Positions 61,942 through 64,000 of a DNA stretch of 64,000 bases are shown in pieces. Within the stretch, counting starts at the first letter, position 1. The number at the start of each line of letters is the position of its first letter. The notes beneath the pieces are model-generated. The model was given only the letters and a program-made list of their open reading frames with translations, made no database searches and was not told where the DNA came from. The DNA comes from an uncultured virus (IMG/VR IMGVR_UViG_3300028048_000084) (lineage: Duplodnaviria > Heunggongvirae > Uroviricota > Caudoviricetes), in IMG/VR virus record IMGVR_UViG_3300028048_000084; one strand, given 5' to 3'. A program made the position numbers and the translations under genes.

Positions 61942-62673
61942 ATGGCACTTCCACGTTTCCGTTATGAAAACAAAGTTATGACAAAAATGCTTCATGAAGT
62001 CCTTGCGGACGCGAAAAGCGTAGGTATTGACTTCATAGCGTTGGCAAAATTGCCAATTGATACCAAGGTGTATCGTTCTTCATGCGGTGGCAGGTCGTTG
62101 GCTATGACGTTCATCACGTCAAATAACGGCTACTATAATGAAGGGTGGGCAAACCGCAAATACAAAATTGTTTTTTCTGATAAATATGCGAAAAAGTTGA
62201 CAGGGCAACACGGCAAAACAATTCTCATGCATGAACTTGTGCATACGTTGCCAAAATGCTTTAATCACGGCATGGAATTTAAAGCATGGGCAATAAAAAT
62301 CAATCGTCTCCTGCCAGGCTACTGTGTAGATACATGTTGCCGTGGTGAAGAGTGGGAAGCGGTTTGTGAAATCATGGATGGAAAGAGAAAAGACGAACCG
62401 AGAAAAGTTATCAATCGTAATCCCATTAAAACGATTGACAAGTCTACTGTAATTGTGAGCAAGGAAATCAAACTTTTTGTTAATTCCATTACGATGAAAA
62501 ACAGGAACGTTAAAGTAGTAGCATTGAAAAACGCTCTCATTAAATGGATTGATGAAAAAGACTTTGAAAAAGTCTCACAGGTAAAAGCCTATATCCCAAA
62601 GAGCTTTGAAAAAGCGATGGGAATGGCAGGTATGAAGAAACGTGCTAAAGCGTTTGCAAACTACAAGGGATAA
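61942..62673 (+). CDS. SprT-like zinc metalloprotease
   Basis: ILMHELVH...NHG.EFK. Confidence 0.8.
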   Translation: MALPRFRYENKVMTKMLHEVLADAKSVGIDFIALAKLPIDTKVYRSSCGGRSLAMTFITSNNGYYNEGWANRKYKIVFSDKYAKKLTGQHGKTILMHELVHTLPKCFNHGMEFKAWAIKINRLLPGYCVDTCCRGEEWEAVCEIMDGKRKDEPRKVINRNPIKTIDKSTVIVSKEIKLFVNSITMKNRNVKVVALKNALIKWIDEKDFEKVSQVKAYIPKSFEKAMGMAGMKKRAKAFANYKG

Positions 62674-62848
62674 CAAGATATGCAGGAAGTAAAATTCCTG
62701 CCTTTTTTATTTCCCTAATCACATAAAACATTTTACAAATAACCGCCCACATGTTATCTGAAATTGTAAAATGTTTTATGCGTTCTGCTTGTACGCTTAT
62801 GGTGTACAATATAGGAAAAAGTTTTTTCTTGTATACATAAAAAACCTA

Positions 62849-62975
62849 TTGACAAAGTAAGCAAGATAGTCTATACTAATAAGTGTCAAGGGCAAGGGAA
62901 ACAAAAAATCTCAAGCAAAAAAATCCAGAGATTAATAAAAAAAGTCTTGACAAACGGTTCAATCGGTGGTACAAT
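62849..62975 (+). promoter_or_regulatory. Two tandem sigma-A-type promoters
   Basis: TTGACA-17-TATACT (62849) and TTGACA-17-TACAAT (62947). Confidence 0.8.
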
Positions 62976-63033
62976 GTAATTGAAGATAAGGAAAGGGCAA
63001 AAGCCCAAAGGTTCAAAACAGGAGGAATTAATC

Positions 63034-63456
63034 ATGGAAAACGTCGCAATCAACAACAACACGGTCAATGTCAACGCAGTCGCAGACGAGCTTGCAATTG
63101 AGCTTGACAAGGTTCGTAGTGCAAAGAAGGAACTTGCCCGCCGTGAAAAGGAAATCACGGCAAAACTTTACAAGGCAGGTATTCTGCATGAGAACTACGA
63201 GCAGGAAGAAGTCACGACGGATAACGTCGTTATCCGCAAAATCCCTGCTTTGTCGGGCAAACGCTATGACGTAGACAAGGCGCGTGCTCTTGCAGATAGC
63301 CTGTCTATCAGTCGCAAGGAACTTGTAAATCGTGAGTGGAAATTCACGGTGAACGAGGATAAGTTAAAGGAACTTGTCGAAAGTGGCAAGGTTTCACAGG
63401 AGATTGTCGATAGCATGTCAATCAAAACAAACCGCATTAAGGTGGACGTGAAATAA
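63034..63456 (+). CDS. Hypothetical putative early protein
   Basis: AGGAGG RBS; terminator at about 63467-63500. Confidence 0.8.
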   Translation: MENVAINNNTVNVNAVADELAIELDKVRSAKKELARREKEITAKLYKAGILHENYEQEEVTTDNVVIRKIPALSGKRYDVDKARALADSLSISRKELVNREWKFTVNEDKLKELVESGKVSQEIVDSMSIKTNRIKVDVK

Positions 63457-63665
63457 ACCTAATGCACGGGTGGTAGAAAAAATCTACCGCCTTTTTTTTT
63501 GTTGTCTAATTTTCTTAATTATTTTTTAATCTAGGTTGATTGACTTTAATTTTTTTCTAATCAACGCATATGGAACATTGTAAAATGTTTTATGCACTAA
63601 CATGTTTTCAAACAATAAAACATTTTACATTCCACCGTGCGGACAAAACTTTTATAAAAAAGTTC

Positions 63666-63694
63666 TTGACAAAGCGATATATGTATGCTATACT
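63666..63694 (+). promoter_or_regulatory. Sigma-A-type promoter
   Basis: TTGACA-17-TATACT with TG extension. Confidence 0.85.
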
Positions 63695-63742
63695 ATAATC
63701 AAGAAATGAGAAGTGGTTCAACCGTTACAGGAGGTACTTATC

Positions 63743-63982
63743 ATGGATAACGCAATCAAGGTTCTTAATGGTTTGTTCAAAGAGTATATGACAGACACAT
63801 ATTTTTTCCGTGTCTGCCTTGTGAACGGCAAGTATCAACTTGTTACGTTTGAAGCAGGTAAAGACGAAGAAACCTGCTTTATTAGCGAAGCAAACAAAGA
63901 TGAATTTGAAAAACGTCTGTGGACGTTTATTGCAGGTGTACAGGTAGCACGCGATGCTAATAAAGAAGGGTTTTTGGAATAA
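63743..63982 (+). CDS. Hypothetical putative early protein
   Basis: AGGAGG RBS, 79 aa. Confidence 0.8.
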   Translation: MDNAIKVLNGLFKEYMTDTYFFRVCLVNGKYQLVTFEAGKDEETCFISEANKDEFEKRLWTFIAGVQVARDANKEGFLE

Positions 63983-64000
63983 CAAAAAGGGCAGGAATAA

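Larger units (their letters stand above)
57840..63629. repeat. Dispersed 14-bp intergenic motif TGTAAAATGTTTTA, 13 perfect copies in both orientations
   Basis: Starts at 57840, 58125, 59604, 60177, 60213, 60660, 61714, 61748, 61783, 62724, 62765, 63579, 63616. Confidence 0.92.

Noticed and set aside
57840..63629. 14-bp motif series as a CRISPR mini-array
   Set aside because: Too short, present in both orientations, irregularly spaced and separated by whole genes.
1..64000. tRNA or rRNA genes
   Set aside because: No cloverleaf recognised; the GGTTCAA boxes lack the rest of a tRNA structure. A tRNAscan-SE run would be needed to exclude them formally.

Overview
This window is a segment of a large, very AT-rich, contractile-tailed phage genome. 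The host is probably in the Bacillota, inferred from GGAGG/AGGTG ribosome-binding sites and TG-extended sigma-A promoters. From 1 to 29 kb (minus strand) lie the terminase large subunit exon 1 (apparently interrupted by a group I intron), putative head-associated proteins, a nucleotidyltransferase, a radical-SAM/Cys-Asp peptide locus next to a tail fibre, guanylate kinase, a D12-class adenine methylase, a PAAR spike and duplicated tail-fibre/receptor-binding modules. From 29 to 57 kb (minus strand) is an accessory region with NAD-dependent DNA ligase, several IS200/IS605-derived miniature elements and orphan TnpB omegaRNAs. It also holds the strongest signal in the window: 30 otherwise unrelated small ORFs, plus several broken ones, that all end in a hydrophobic stretch followed by Gly-(Leu/Ile/Val)-stop, which looks like a shared C-terminal targeting or docking tag. 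From 57 to 64 kb are repeat-rich non-coding DNA, an IS605 tnpB element and a strand switch into GC-richer single-gene cassettes with strong promoters (putative early region). Those cassettes are separated by 13 perfect copies of TGTAAAATGTTTTA, and five of the six carry a GGTTCAA box before the ribosome-binding site. All calls come from reading the sequence by eye; no database searches were run.
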